DNA of 64,000 nucleotides, taken from Octopus vulgaris. Lineage: Eukaryota. The stretch is taken from assembly GCA_951406725.2 (NCBI GenBank), contig OX597830.1:40548001-40612000 (forward strand). The letters run 5' to 3'. Below are positions 12,320 to 24,680 of the stretch, one piece after another. Positions within the stretch are counted from its first letter, which is position 1, and every line of letters begins with the position of its first letter. Made by a program: the position numbers and the translations under genes. The notes beneath the pieces were generated by a model, which was not told where the DNA came from, made no database searches, and was given only the letters and a program-made list of their open reading frames with translations.

Positions 12320-12800
12320 GCAGATGATCTACTGGGGGAGGCTAAAGGAACTGGAACTCTACTTCTGAGAGACAAACATGAAAGATAAGCACTGTTATAC
12401 ATATTGAAGATTCTGGAATATCTAGCTCCCAACTCTGGAACTGAGAGCTACACCAACCACCAAACTGCATAGTACCAAAGATTCCATCTTCTCTGTCTCG
12501 AATAAGGACCCAGTATTGTAACAGCTAGGGTTTCAGGAGTCCACAACTATTCAACATTTTGCCAAACAATGTCAGAGATTTGTGAGGTGTAGATGTGGAG
12601 GTCTTCAAAGAGTGTCTTGGCAAATTTTTATGAAATACCAGATGAATCTACATCAAGGCAGAAAGCACAAAGAAAAGCAGCTTCATCCAACTCATTGCTT
12701 CACCAAAAACAGTACAGAAAAGGAACCCAAACAGATATAGAGGTGATGCTCCAGCATGGCCTCAGCCTCTGGCTGAAACCAGCAAAATATAGAAAATGAA
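12320..12800 (+). mobile_element. CR1-group LINE 3' end (decayed ORF2 C-terminus plus tail)
   Basis: YWGRLKELELY..KILEYLAPN..RIRTQYCNS*GFRSPQLFNILPNNVRDL*GVDVEVFK..IPDE..SNSLLHQ, then tail gctccagcatggcctcagcctctggctgaaac. Confidence 0.7.
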
Positions 12801-12879
12801 AGATGGGATGGTTATGGGCAGACATCTCTGACCACAGGTCTATTCAATTGGGACTAACTTGGGGTTAAGCAACAACATC

Positions 12880-13123
12880 AAGGGATCAAAAAGAGAGTCA
12901 CTTCGAAGTGCTTGCTTGATCTGCTAGAAATAGCAACTAAGCCATCTTCAAATCACATAATTCTGTGTTAGACAAGAAGAATAGAAACACATTAACATAC
13001 GAGGTCCTACATTTCTCTAGAACTAACAGCATGGTGGTCATAGCTGGAATGCCATTGATCAGGGGCAGACCCACAACTGAACAACACTAACCACCAACCA
13101 CCACCACTACCACCACCACCAAC

Positions 13124-13155
<32 letters not shown>

Positions 13156-13370
13156 GGAATCAAAAAGAGAGACACTTCTAAGTAGTTGCTTGCTAGAAAT
13201 AGCAACCAAACCATCTTCAAATTACATAATTCTGTGTTAGACATTTCTTAAAAAAATGACAGCATGGTGGTCATAGATGGAAAGCCATTGATCAGGGGCA
13301 GACCCAAGGGCTAAACAATAACAACACCAACCACCACCATCACCACCACCAACAACAACAACAACAAGAA
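12880..13370 (+). repeat. Tandem duplication of an unclassified ~250-270 bp dispersed repeat
   Basis: atcaaaaagagag..ctagaaatagcaac..ccatcttcaaat..cagcatggtggtcatag..gatcaggggcagaccc occurs twice; relatives near 16.2, 30.7, 52.8-53.1 and 54.1 kb. Confidence 0.75.
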
Positions 13371-14122
13371 CCACTGCATGCAAACTAAGAAACTACCACA
13401 AAAAAAAAACAAGAAAAAAACAACAGAAAAGAAACGAAACTGTTGTGATAGTTTGCAGAGAAGTTTCAGGACATGTGTTGTTGTTCGTGTTGATGTTGTT
13501 GTTGTTGCTGTTGTTTGTGTTTGTATTGTTGCCCCAGAAAGCGTAATGGTCCTTTCTTGCATGATAAAATCAATTATTACAGACATAAGAGAAATAAACA
13601 GATATTTCTAGTCAGTAATTGTAGTTTGCAGGCATTCAACCATCGTTTCACTTTCTGCATGCCTGTCTGCCTGCCTTCTTTTCCTACGAGTGGGACTTTT
13701 TTTTTCACTCTTATTTCTTTTATTGTTTTTTTTTCTTAATCTCATTCATTCCTGCTTTCTTCTTTTCTTTTTGTCACTACTTCCAATCCCCCTCTGCGCC
13801 CCCCCTTTTCCATGTATCTAACTATTACATTTTATTTACATATACATATATGTGTGTGTGTGTGTATATAAATATATGTACATATATGTATATATATATA
13901 TACATATATGTGTATATATATATACATATATGTATGTATATATATATTTATACATGTATATATACATACATATATGTATGTATATATATATATATCTACA
14001 TACATACATATATATATGTGTATGTATATATACATATATGTATGCTTCTGTATGTATATATATATATACACACATGTATGTATATATGCGTGTGTATGTG
14101 TGTGTGTTTGTGTGTATGTATG

Positions 14123-14157
<35 letters not shown>

Positions 14158-14599
14158 CTGTGTGTGTGTATGAAAGCAAGAAAGAGAAAAGCAGAGACAG
14201 AGAAAGGAAGATAGATATGTCACTCTGTGTTCAAGAGGTTGCTACCTTCCTTCCTTCCTTCCTTCCTTTCTTCCTTTCTTTTGTTTCTTCCTTCTTTCCT
14301 TTGTTTCTGTAGGTTTTGAGGTTTTGAAGTTCTGCTGTCGATGTTTTGCTGCAGGGAATTTCGGCCTTATGGTTGAACAAGCAACATTTACTCTTAATGC
14401 AGAGACCCACGCATTGGCAAGAAGCTATCACACATAGATATGTGTGTGTGTGTTTGTAAGTGTGTGTAAGTGTGTCTGTGTGCAAAGGTGTGCGTTTGCA
14501 TATGCATGTGTATATATATGTGTGTGTGCGTGTGAATCTGTGTTAAGATACACATACACGCACCATATGCAACAGCATAATGTCAGTCACACGAAAATG

Positions 14600-14637
<38 letters not shown>

Positions 14638-14769
14638 CGTGTGTGTGTGTGTGCATGGATGGATATGTGTAAATGTGAAGAGAAGTTAAACACATCTTAA
14701 AAAAAGAGTAAATACCTTTTACTTTTACTCACAGATCACAGCATCCTGACATATATATGTGTGAGTGTG

Positions 14770-14907
14770 TGTGTGTGTGATAGACAGATAGATAAATGGA
14801 CAGACAGACAAATAGATAGATAGATAGATAGAGAGATATAGATAGATAGAGATAGATAGATAGATAGAGATAGATAGATAGATAGATAGAGAGATAGAGA
14901 GATAGAG

Positions 14908-14961
<54 letters not shown>

Positions 14962-15069
14962 GCAGATAGATAGATAGGCAGATAGATAGATAGGTAGATA
15001 AATAGACAGACAGATAAGTGGCTAGATAGATAGATAGATATAGATAGATAGATAGATAGGTAGATAGAG

Positions 15070-15109
<40 letters not shown>

Positions 15110-15290
15110 GGATGGATGGATGGATGGATGGATGGATGGATGGATGGATGGACGGAGAGACAGACACACAGACAGACAGATAAATAGATAGATAGATGGA
15201 CAGACGGATAGACAGACAAATAGATATGATGGACGGACAGACGGACGGACAGATAAATAGATGGATAGATGAACAGACTAACAGGCAGAC

Positions 15291-15333
<43 letters not shown>

Positions 15334-15400
15334 CGGACGGACGGACAGACACACAGATAAATAGATGGATGGACGGACAGATGGACAGACAGACAGATAG

Positions 15401-15430
<30 letters not shown>
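14770..15430. repeat. Long compound (GATA)n/(GATG)n/(GACA)n array
   Basis: Directly visible. Confidence 0.95.
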
Positions 15431-15437
<7 letters not shown>

Positions 15438-15856
15438 TTACAGTTGTATTGATGAAATATATCACATATTTATGTGATATAGTCCTTAGAACCCAGATTT
15501 TACAGCCACCCCACCCCCATCTCTCTCTCTCTCTCACTAAATACACAAACATACATGCAGATATTCGTTCCAACATGGAAGATAAGAAGCACGTGATCAT
15601 TTCACAAACACTTCACATTTAAGCAGGGATATTTAACACTCAACATACACTACATGAGGCAGTGCTACCCAGGGGCAGTGCTAGCTGGATACTCGCTCTG
15701 TGGCTTGATCTACCCTGGCTAGGTTGCCACCTTTGTGGTGAGACAGAATCACCGATTGTTATTGAAAGGACCCAAAACACCCAATGTTCTTCTCTCCCAC
15801 CCCAGAAACATCACTGATAATATGTCAAGATGCATCACAGGATGATGTATGGCCAA

Positions 15857-15906
<50 letters not shown>

Positions 15907-15926
15907 TGTGTGTGTGCGTGTAGTAA

Positions 15927-16170
15927 CTTGGGCAAGTGTCTTCTACTATAGCCTTGGACTAACCAATGCCTTGTAAGTGAATTTGGTAGATGGAAACTGT
16001 GAGGAAGCCCGTCATGTGTCTGTGCATGTGTGTGTGTATGTGCGTATGTTTGTGTTTATTTCCCCTATTCATTCACTATGTGACAATCAGCATTGGTTTG
16101 TTTACATCCTCGTAACTTAGCAGTTCAGCAAAAAGAGACCAATAGGTTATGTACAACATGTAAACTAAGT
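15927..16170 (+). mobile_element. SINE A fragment
   Basis: cttgggcaagtgtcttctactatagcc..gtaacttagcagttcagcaaaaagagacc. Confidence 0.75.
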
Positions 16171-17489
16171 CACCTTGTCTTTTGTTTTGCTTCCACGGAA
16201 GGACTCAATGTGGTTGCTCAGCCTGTTGGAAATAGCAGTCAAATCTCCTTGCCCTCTTTATAAATGAAAGAAACCATTGGACAGCCAAGCTCCAGAAATC
16301 CTTTTAAAAAATGAACAAACAAACAAAAAAACAAGGCTGTCAATAACTTTCTGTTTTAATCATTTCTGAACATACAGAGTGTCTCTGTGTTCTCTCATTC
16401 GGATTCCCTCTATGCCAATCTGTTTCTAATCTATTTTTGCTTGTCTTTTCTTTGTCTTTCAATATCTCGATCATGCTCAGTGACTCCATTTCAATGTATG
16501 TCTATGGTAAACCCTTTTAGTCATTTCTTTTGATATCTCTTTCCAGCCAGAAATCACTATTCCTTTCAGATATCTGTTTCTGCATGTCTATAGCCCTATC
16601 TTAAATCCTTTCACTGCGAAATTAAATTTCATGGTTATTCCAGCAATGATGTTAAATATCTGCCAAAAAATAGAAAACCAGTATTTTCTGTAAGCCATGT
16701 TGCCTCAGTAAATTTGACATATCTTCATTGAAAATAGTTTCAAACGTGACATTCCTCCAACTGATATTTAAAACTGCTTTCCACAGTTAAGGGTAATGAA
16801 GTTTAGACTGGCTACATCTGTTTTCCGCAGTAAAAGCATAAATAGTCTATCTATCTTCTCTCTGTCTCCTTCTTCTCTGTCTGTCTCTCTCTCTCTCTCT
16901 CCCTCTATTTCCTACTCATTGCTTTCTTTTTTTTTTTGAGGTCATCCATGTGTAGATGACTAAGAAAATGTTTCAGAGGACAAATTTCTCCTGTAGACTT
17001 ATTGGGTGCATAAACACACCATGTTCCAAGTGATATCCGCAGACTACCACACACACACAGTTTCAGCATAACTTCACCTTCTCAGTTACAGATTACTGCA
17101 GTCATTTGAAACTAGACATGAGCCATCATCATCATCATCATCATCCTCATTTAACATCCACTCTCCATGCTGGCATGGGTTAGACGGTTTGACTGAGAGC
17201 TGCACCAGGTTCCAGTCTGATTTGGCATGGTTTCTATGGCAGGATGCCCTTCCTAATGCCAACCATTTCAGGAGTGATGCCAAGCTGGAATTAATTCACT
17301 AGAAGCACACAAGGCTGCAAGGGTTAAAATAAGGGTCAAAATACATTTATTTTTAACATGATCTTGCATATCAGAACTTGAATGTCATTTGCAGTGGGAT
17401 TTTAGTCTTGGGAGTGGACTTGGCAGATGGAAACTGAAAGAAGCCCATCATGCACATATGTATATATATATATATTTTCTTTTCTACAT

Positions 17490-17860
17490 TTTACTTTCAC
17501 TTTTTTCATGTTTGCATGGGTTGGATGAAATTTGTTGAGATGGGTTTTTAATGACTGGATGCCCTTCCAGTCACCAACCCTCACCTATTTCAAACTAAGG
17601 TAATCTTTCTCTGTGACCAGATATATTTTCACAAAAGATTGAAAATAGACTGCTTGCATGATGGTGACACTCTTTTACAACTATCAGATGGCAAGACAAG
17701 GAAACACTAACACATGAAAAAAAAAACATACATAAATGCATAAACACACACACACATGCCAGGCTTCTTTTAGTTTTCATCTACCAAATCCATTCACAAA
17801 GCTTAGGTAGATCTAGGACTATAAGTAGAAGACACTTGTCCAAGGTTTCATGCATATGAC
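17490..17860 (-). mobile_element. SINE family E (A-type head, RTE-type tail)
   Basis: Reverse complement of the layout at 24247-24680. Confidence 0.65.
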
Positions 17861-19107
17861 TAGGCACCATGCATGCAACAGGGGACCCCGTGTGAACTTG
17901 TATTCCCATTGAAACTCCAAACCTGACCTCCACACCTCAACAACAAATGATTACAGCTACAGTGTCCACGCTATCCAATGTGCTTGCTTTCCCAGTGCGG
18001 GGGTGGAGGGGGGGGCATTTTATCAAATTCGCAAGTTGGAATTTTGGGATACAGGTAGAAGCATTACCTTGCCTGCAAGAACACTAGAACCAACTTTCGA
18101 ATGTGGTCAGCATACATGAGGAACATAGTGAACTTGTTGGTCAGAACCAGCTCAACCTACCCCAGGTGAATACCACCGTAAGCACAAGTAAATACGGAAT
18201 CTGAAACTATACGGTTGCAAAGCAAGTGTCTTAACCACACAGCCAAGTTTCAAAACAATTGCATAAATTTCTCTTTTAGAAACTCTGACCATCAGATTGG
18301 TTAAATTTGAAAAGCCACCACAGAAACAATACACAGATGAATGTAGGTTTTATCTGAAAGATACCTATTTATATATATTTACTATCTAAATAGGAAATAT
18401 AATTAAAATTCTCAGTGACAAAAAGAATCTTCTTCTAATGCCATATCCAACTGTTCTATGACATTATCCTACCAAGATTTAACTAAGAATTATAACCAAT
18501 CATAAGAAATTTCAGCTATTTTCAGGTACTAAATATCTTATAGATTTATATCTACAAGAATAGTACAAAAGTTATTGAAAATTTCCTACAGAGACGATAT
18601 TGACATATGAAAAGATGGATGGTGGTGGAAAGGAATAAATAAAAAAGAAAATGTCCTAACTTTTGATATTTCTTGAATTATGAAAAGAATTGATAGACAC
18701 TGCATCTTAGGTCAGTTGGTTGATAAAAATTTATTAATAATGAAAGACTGTGCTGGTTGGCAGGCTGGCTGGCTGGCTGGTATTGAGTGCTGTGAATTGA
18801 CAAAAGACGCCTGCAGTACACAGCAACGAGATCAAAAAAAAAAATTACCCCTTTTGTTATTATATCTCTGTTGAAATACACAACTTTTGTTTTTCAATTA
18901 ATTCCGAAAATAATGAAGAATTTAGTAAAATAACTGTCATTGTTAAGCTGGGTTTTTATGTTCTGAGTTCAAATCCTGGTCAACTAAGGTCAAATTTGCC
19001 TTTCATTCTTTTGGGGGTTGATAAAAATAAACACCAGTAAAATACTGGTAATTAATGTAATCAACAAACCCCTGCTCAAATTGCTGAAGTTAGGAAAAAT
19101 TATTAAA

Positions 19108-19695
19108 CTGGTGGGTCTCACAGAGGCAATGACAGGAGACTGAGATCTTTGGAGATATGCTGTGATTGAGAAAACCCAGTAACTAAAGTGAGATCGCAGC
19201 CATGGCCAATGCCAATGTTGCATTGGGTGATATGATATGCTTGAGAAGACCTGTTGAGTCAAGTAAAACCAAAATCGTAGCTGTAGCCAGTGTCCCCTGA
19301 CTGGCTCCCATTCTGGTGACATGTAAAATGCATCATCTGAACATGGTCGATGTCAGTGTCCACTGACTGGCTCCCATGCCAGTGGCACATAAAAAGCACC
19401 ATCTGAACATGGTCAATGCCAGGTCCACCTGACTGGTTCCCATGCCAGTGGCATGTAAAAAGCATCATCCAAACATTGCTGATGCTAGTGCCTCCTGACT
19501 GACTCCCATTCCAGTGGTCGATGTTAGGTCCACCTGACTAGCTCCCATTCCAGTGGCACGTAAAAAACACCCACTACACTCTCAGAGTAGTTGGTGTTAG
19601 GAAGGGCATCCAGCTGTAGTAACATTGCCAGATCAGACTGAGCCTGGTGCAGCCACTGGCTCTCCAGACTTCAGTCATACTGCCCAACCCATGCT
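19108..19695 (+). mobile_element. Older RTE-LINE 3' end with tandem ~62-bp UTR modules
   Basis: GLTEAMTGD*DLWRYAVIEKTQ* matches the ORF end at 21180-21255; followed by repeated ctgactggctcccatgccagtggcacataaaaagcaccatc. Confidence 0.85.
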
Positions 19696-20740
19696 CAAAA
19701 TATCTGGTAGTGTCGGCTATAGCATAGTGACCCGTATAGTTAACCAGGTGATACACGAAAGAGCCATACCCAATGACTGGTGTAGCAGCATAATAGTCAA
19801 CTGCTACAAAGGTAAAGGTGACGCCCTAGATACAAATAACTACAGGGGTATCAAGCTGCTGGATCAAGTAATGAAGGTTACAGAGAGGGTTATAGCCCAA
19901 TTAATTAGAGAGAGAGTTAGCTTAGATGAGATGCAGTTTGGGTTCGTGCCAGGGAAAAGTAATACTGATACTATATTCCTGGTAAGACAGCTGCAGGAGA
20001 AATACCTAGCCAAAGATAAGCCCCTGTACCTGGCTTTTGTTGACATGGAGAAAGCCTTTGACAGGGTCCCCCGATCCCTTATCTGGTGGTCAATGAGGAA
20101 ACTAGGGATAGATGAATGGTTGGTGAGAGCTGTGCGAGCCATGTACAGAGACGCTGCTAGTAAGGTGAGGGTTGGCAACGAGTACAGTGAAGAATTCCGG
20201 GTAGAGGTTGGGGTCCACCAAGGTTCAGTCCTCAGTCCCCTCCTATTTATCATAGTCCTCCAGGCAATAACGGAGGAATTCAAGACAGGATGCCCCTGGG
20301 AGCTCCTCTATGCTGATGACCTTGCTCTAATTGCTGAGTCACTATCAGAACTGGAGGAGAAGTTTCAGGTGTGGAAACAAGGATTAGAATCGAAGGGCCT
20401 TAGAATCAACCTAGCCAAAACCAAAGTCCTAATAAGTAGGAAGGTGGACCAATCACAAACGACTTCAGGTAGGTGGCCCTGCTCGATCTGTAAAAAAGGT
20501 GTAGGTAGAAACTCTATAAGGTGCACCAAGTGTAAGCTATGGACACATAAGAGGTGCAGCAATGTCAAAGGAAGGCTAACTAGGAAAATAGTTTTTGTCT
20601 GTGGCAGATGCTCAGGAGCAATAAACACTGGAAATGTGCAGAGACCAACTTCTACCACGTTCCAGGGAGACAAACTAGAAGTAGTTGATAGCTTCCACTA
20701 CCTAGGTGACCAAGTCAGGGTGGGTGTGCTGAAAGTGTAA
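19691..20740 (+). pseudogene. Reverse transcriptase ORF (RTE clade), N-truncated and frameshifted near 20720
   Basis: NYRGIKLL, QFGFVPG, AFVDMEKAFDRVPR, GVHQGSVLSPLLF, YADD (20309-20320), INLAKTK, FHYLG. Confidence 0.95.
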
Positions 20741-21255
20741 CGGCTAGAGTAAGAATAGCCTGGGCAAAGTTTAGAGAGCTCTTACCCCTGCTGGTGACAA
20801 AAGGCCTCTCGCTCAGAGTAAAAGGCAGACTGTATGATGCATGTGTACGTACAGCCATGCTACATGGTAGTGAAGCATGGGCTGTGACTGCTGAGGATAT
20901 GCGTAAGCTCGCAAGAAATGAAGCCAGTATGCTCCGATGGATGTGTAATGTCAGTGTTCATAATCGACAGAGTGTAAGTACCTTGAGAGAAAAGTTGAAC
21001 CTAAGAAGCATCAGTTGTGGTGTGCAAGAGAGACGGCTGTGCTGGTATGGTCATGTGACGAGAATGGCTGAAGATAGTTGTGTGCAAAAGGGCTACACCC
21101 TAGCAGTTGAGGAAACCTGTGGAAGAGGTAGACCCAGGAAAACCTGGGACGAGGTGGTGAAGCACGACCTTCGAACTTTAGGTCTCACCAAGGAAATGAC
21201 TAGAGACCGAGACCTATGGAAGTATGCTGTGCATGTGAAGACCCGGCAAGACTAG
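20720..21255 (+). pseudogene. RTE ORF C-terminal continuation in a second frame
   Basis: ARVRIAWAKFRELLPLL..KGRLYDACVRTAMLHGSEAW..RLCWYGHVTRM..GRGRPRKTW..DRDLWK. Confidence 0.9.
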
Positions 21256-21864
21256 TCAGGCCATAACCCGTGGCCCCTACCTGGGACGTAGTCAGTCCAC
21301 CTGTGCATACCTTCCTTCTTGTGACACTTGTGAAGACCTGTTGAGGCCAGTGAGAATCAAACCAAATCAAAATAGATGAACATCAATGGAATTTGTATCT
21401 TTGTGATACCAGTGCCGGTGGCACATAAGAAAACCATCCGAACGTGGCCGTAGCCAGTACCGCATCAACTGGCCTCCATGCTCTGGGCACGTAACAAACA
21501 CCATCCGATCGTGGCCGTTCGCCAGTCTCGTCTGGCACCTGTGTCAGTGGCACATAAAAAACACCATCCAAGCGTGGCCGTCTGCCAGCCTCGTCTGGCA
21601 CCTGTGTCGGTGGCACATAAAAAACACCATCCGAACATGGCCATTCGCCAGCCTCGTCTGGCACCTGTGTCGGTGGCACATAAAATCACCCACTACACTC
21701 TCGGAGTGGTTGGCGTTAGGAAGGGCATCCAGCTGTAGAAACACTGCCAGATCTGACTGGCCTGGTACAGCCTTTGGGCTCCCCAGACCCCAGTTGAACC
21801 GTCCAACCCATGCTAGCATGGAAAGCGGACGTTAAACGATGATGATGATGATGATGATGATATT

Positions 21865-22090
21865 TGTGTGTGTGTGTCTCTGTGTTTGTCTCCACCACCA
21901 CCACCATCACTTGACAACTGATGTTAGTGCATTTACGTCCTCCTAGCTTAGTGGTTCAGCAAAAGAACCCAATAGAATAAGTACTAGGCTTACAAAGAAT
22001 AAATCCGGGGATCAATTTGTTTGACTAAAGGTGGTGTTCCAGCATGGCCGCAGTCAAGTGACTGAAACAAGTAAAAAAAAGTAAAAGAAT
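21865..22090 (+). mobile_element. SINE A 3' half
   Basis: Matches the family A tail. Confidence 0.8.
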
Positions 22091-22569
22091 TAAAACGATA
22101 ATGATAATGATATATAGTGAATAGACCAGTGCTACTTTATGCTAAAGCAGCTCATTACCATTGTCATCATTCTCATCATTGTCACAAGCCAAGGAACACA
22201 CATCTACATGGTAGCTCGACCTGCTAGAAATAAGAGCCGAATAAATGAAACATTTCAGATCTAATTCAAATAATGAAATGATTTCAGATTTAAAGTAAAT
22301 CAACAAACCAGCAGAAGTTCAAACAATTCAAAACACAAATGTATTTTATGTTCAATCTGAATAACTTCCATGGTTGCAGGTATGGGTGTGTGGTTAAGAA
22401 GTTTGTTTTGAAATGAAGTGGTTTCAGGTTCAGTCCCACTGCACAGCACCTTGAGCAAGTATCTTCTATTATAGCCCCAGACTGACCAATGCCTTGTGAG
22501 TGAATTTGGTAGATGGGAATTGTATGGAAACTCATCTTATATATGTGTGTGTGTATGTATATATATATC

Positions 22570-22955
22570 ATCATCATCATCATCATTATCATTTAGCATC
22601 CGCTTTCCATGCTAGCATGGGTTGGACGGTTCAACTGGGGTCTGGGAAGCCAGAAGGCTGCACCAGGCCCAGTCTGATCTGGCAGTGTTTCTACGGCTGG
22701 ATGCCCTTCCTAACGCCAACCACTCCGTGAGTGTAGTGGGTGCTTTTTACATGCCAACCGCACAGGTGCCAGACGGGGCTGGCAAACGACCACGGACGGA
22801 TGGTGCTTTTTACGTGCCAACGGCTCGAGGGCCAGGCAAGGCTGGCAATGGCCACGATCGGATGGTGCTTTTTATGTGCCACCGGCATGGAGGCCAGTCG
22901 GGGCGGTGCTGGCAATGGACACGGTCGGGTGGTGCTTTTTACGTGCCACCGGCAT
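22570..22955 (-). mobile_element. RTE-LINE 3' UTR fragment with four modules
   Basis: Reverse complement of 21690-21860 plus repeated ggtgctttttacgtgcca. Confidence 0.85.
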
Positions 22956-24246
22956 GGATATATATGTGTATATATATATATATATAGACACACACACATA
23001 GTTGAAATTTACAGAAAAACAAGACGAAACAGGTGTATGAACAACAAGCAGGTGTATTAGTTTGATGCTCAGGAAAGTAAGAAAATCTTTTATGTTTCGA
23101 GCCTACAATCTGAGGAAATAAACAGAAAGAATTTTTTTTAAATTGTGGATTTACCGATCAATATATGTGTGCATATATACATATATATGTATGTGCATAT
23201 GTTTATGTGCAGTGTGTGTGTGTTTTTGTGTTCATATTTTACAACCACCACCACTTAAAAAGAACCACTGTTTGTTAGGTTTTCATTCCCCCCTCTAACT
23301 TAGAAGTTTAGCAGAAAGACTGATAGAATAAATACCAGATTTGAGAAATAAGTAGTGGGGTCGATTTGTTCAACTAAAACCCTTTAAGATGGTGCTTCAG
23401 CATAGTCACAGTCCAATGGCTGAAACAGATAAATGATATTTTAATTCGTTTCCGAGATTATTTCAATTTGTTTTCTGCTCATTCTGATTTATACATGCAA
23501 AGGAGTTGCAGCAGCAGCAGCAGTGGTAGTATGGCTGCTGATGCTGCTACTACTACTACCACCACCACCACCACTGCTGCCACCACCACCACCACAACCA
23601 CCACCACCACCATCACCTCTGGTTTAGTTATTACATTGCTGTAATTAACTTCTGTATACTCAGGTGTGTGTGTGTGTGTGTGTGTTTGTGTGTGCGTGTG
23701 TATGTGTGTGTGTATGTGAGTGTGTGTGCGTGCATGTGTGTATGTGAGGCTGAGGAGGATTTCAAAATTTACAGACGAATTAACTGAAGACAAATGTTGT
23801 CAATGAGAGGCAATGTCATAGCAACATGGAAAAAAAAAAAACGGAGCAAAGAGCTACAGAATATGATGACGACGACAACGACGAGGACGACGATGGTGGT
23901 GATGATGATGGTGATGCAGATGCTAGTTGTGTGACAATAGTAATTATATATTGCTAATAATGTTAAACTTGATTCGTAGTGAAGATAATTTAAACAAAAC
24001 CCATTATAATGTTAATTACCCTAGATTGATTGATAAACATTTATACAAAGAAAGAAAATGAAGTAAGCTGAAGAGAAGAGATAGTAAGCTGAGACAGAAA
24101 GGAAAATACACACAGACACACACACAAAATAAATATATATGTGAGAGAGATAAGGAGAGATATTTACATACATACATATACATATATATATATATATGTG
24201 TGTGTGTGTGTATATACATACATGCACACACATACGTATATGTATG

Positions 24247-24680
24247 TAGGCACAGGTGTAGCTTTGCGGTATGAAGTTTGCTTCCCAACCATATGGAAAC
24301 AACAAGCATGACACGTTCAGCAAGTGTCTTCTTCTATAGACCTGGGTCAATGAAAGCCTTGGGAGTGGATTTGGTAGATAGAAACTGTGTGGGAGCTCAT
24401 CATACAGGTGTGTGCGTGTGTGCGTATGTGTGTGTGCGTGTGTGTTACTGTCTCCTTGGCTTGACACTGTGATAGTTGTAAATGAGTGCCACTGTCATGC
24501 AAGTGGTGTCCCTCATTTCCAATCTTCCGCGAAAACATGTCTGGTCGTTGAGAAACATTATTTTAGTTGGAACCAGGTGAGGGCTGTCTGGGAGAGTATC
24601 TGACCACAGAAAATCTGCCTCTCTCTAACCCAAGCAAGCATGGAAAAGCGAACATTGAAATGATGATGATGATGATGATA
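24247..24680 (+). mobile_element. SINE family E (A-type head, RTE-type tail)
   Basis: Head as in family A, (TG)n, distinct body gatagttgtaaatgagtg, tail caagcatggaaaagcgaacattgaaat(gat)n; another copy at 26730-27125. Confidence 0.7.

Larger units (their letters stand above)
19691..21860 (+). mobile_element. 5'-truncated RTE-clade non-LTR retrotransposon
   Basis: RT ORF, C-terminal RGRPRKTW motif, 3' UTR with 63-bp repeats and a (GAT)n tail; no endonuclease domain. Confidence 0.95.

Noticed and set aside
19864-20673. Antisense ORFs of 139 and 102 aa
   Set aside because: Shadow frames of the RT ORF.
22740-22955. CRISPR-like repeat-spacer pattern (also 19260-19570 and 21410-21695)
   Set aside because: Eukaryotic context, no cas genes, spacers related to one another, and the array lies in a LINE 3' UTR.
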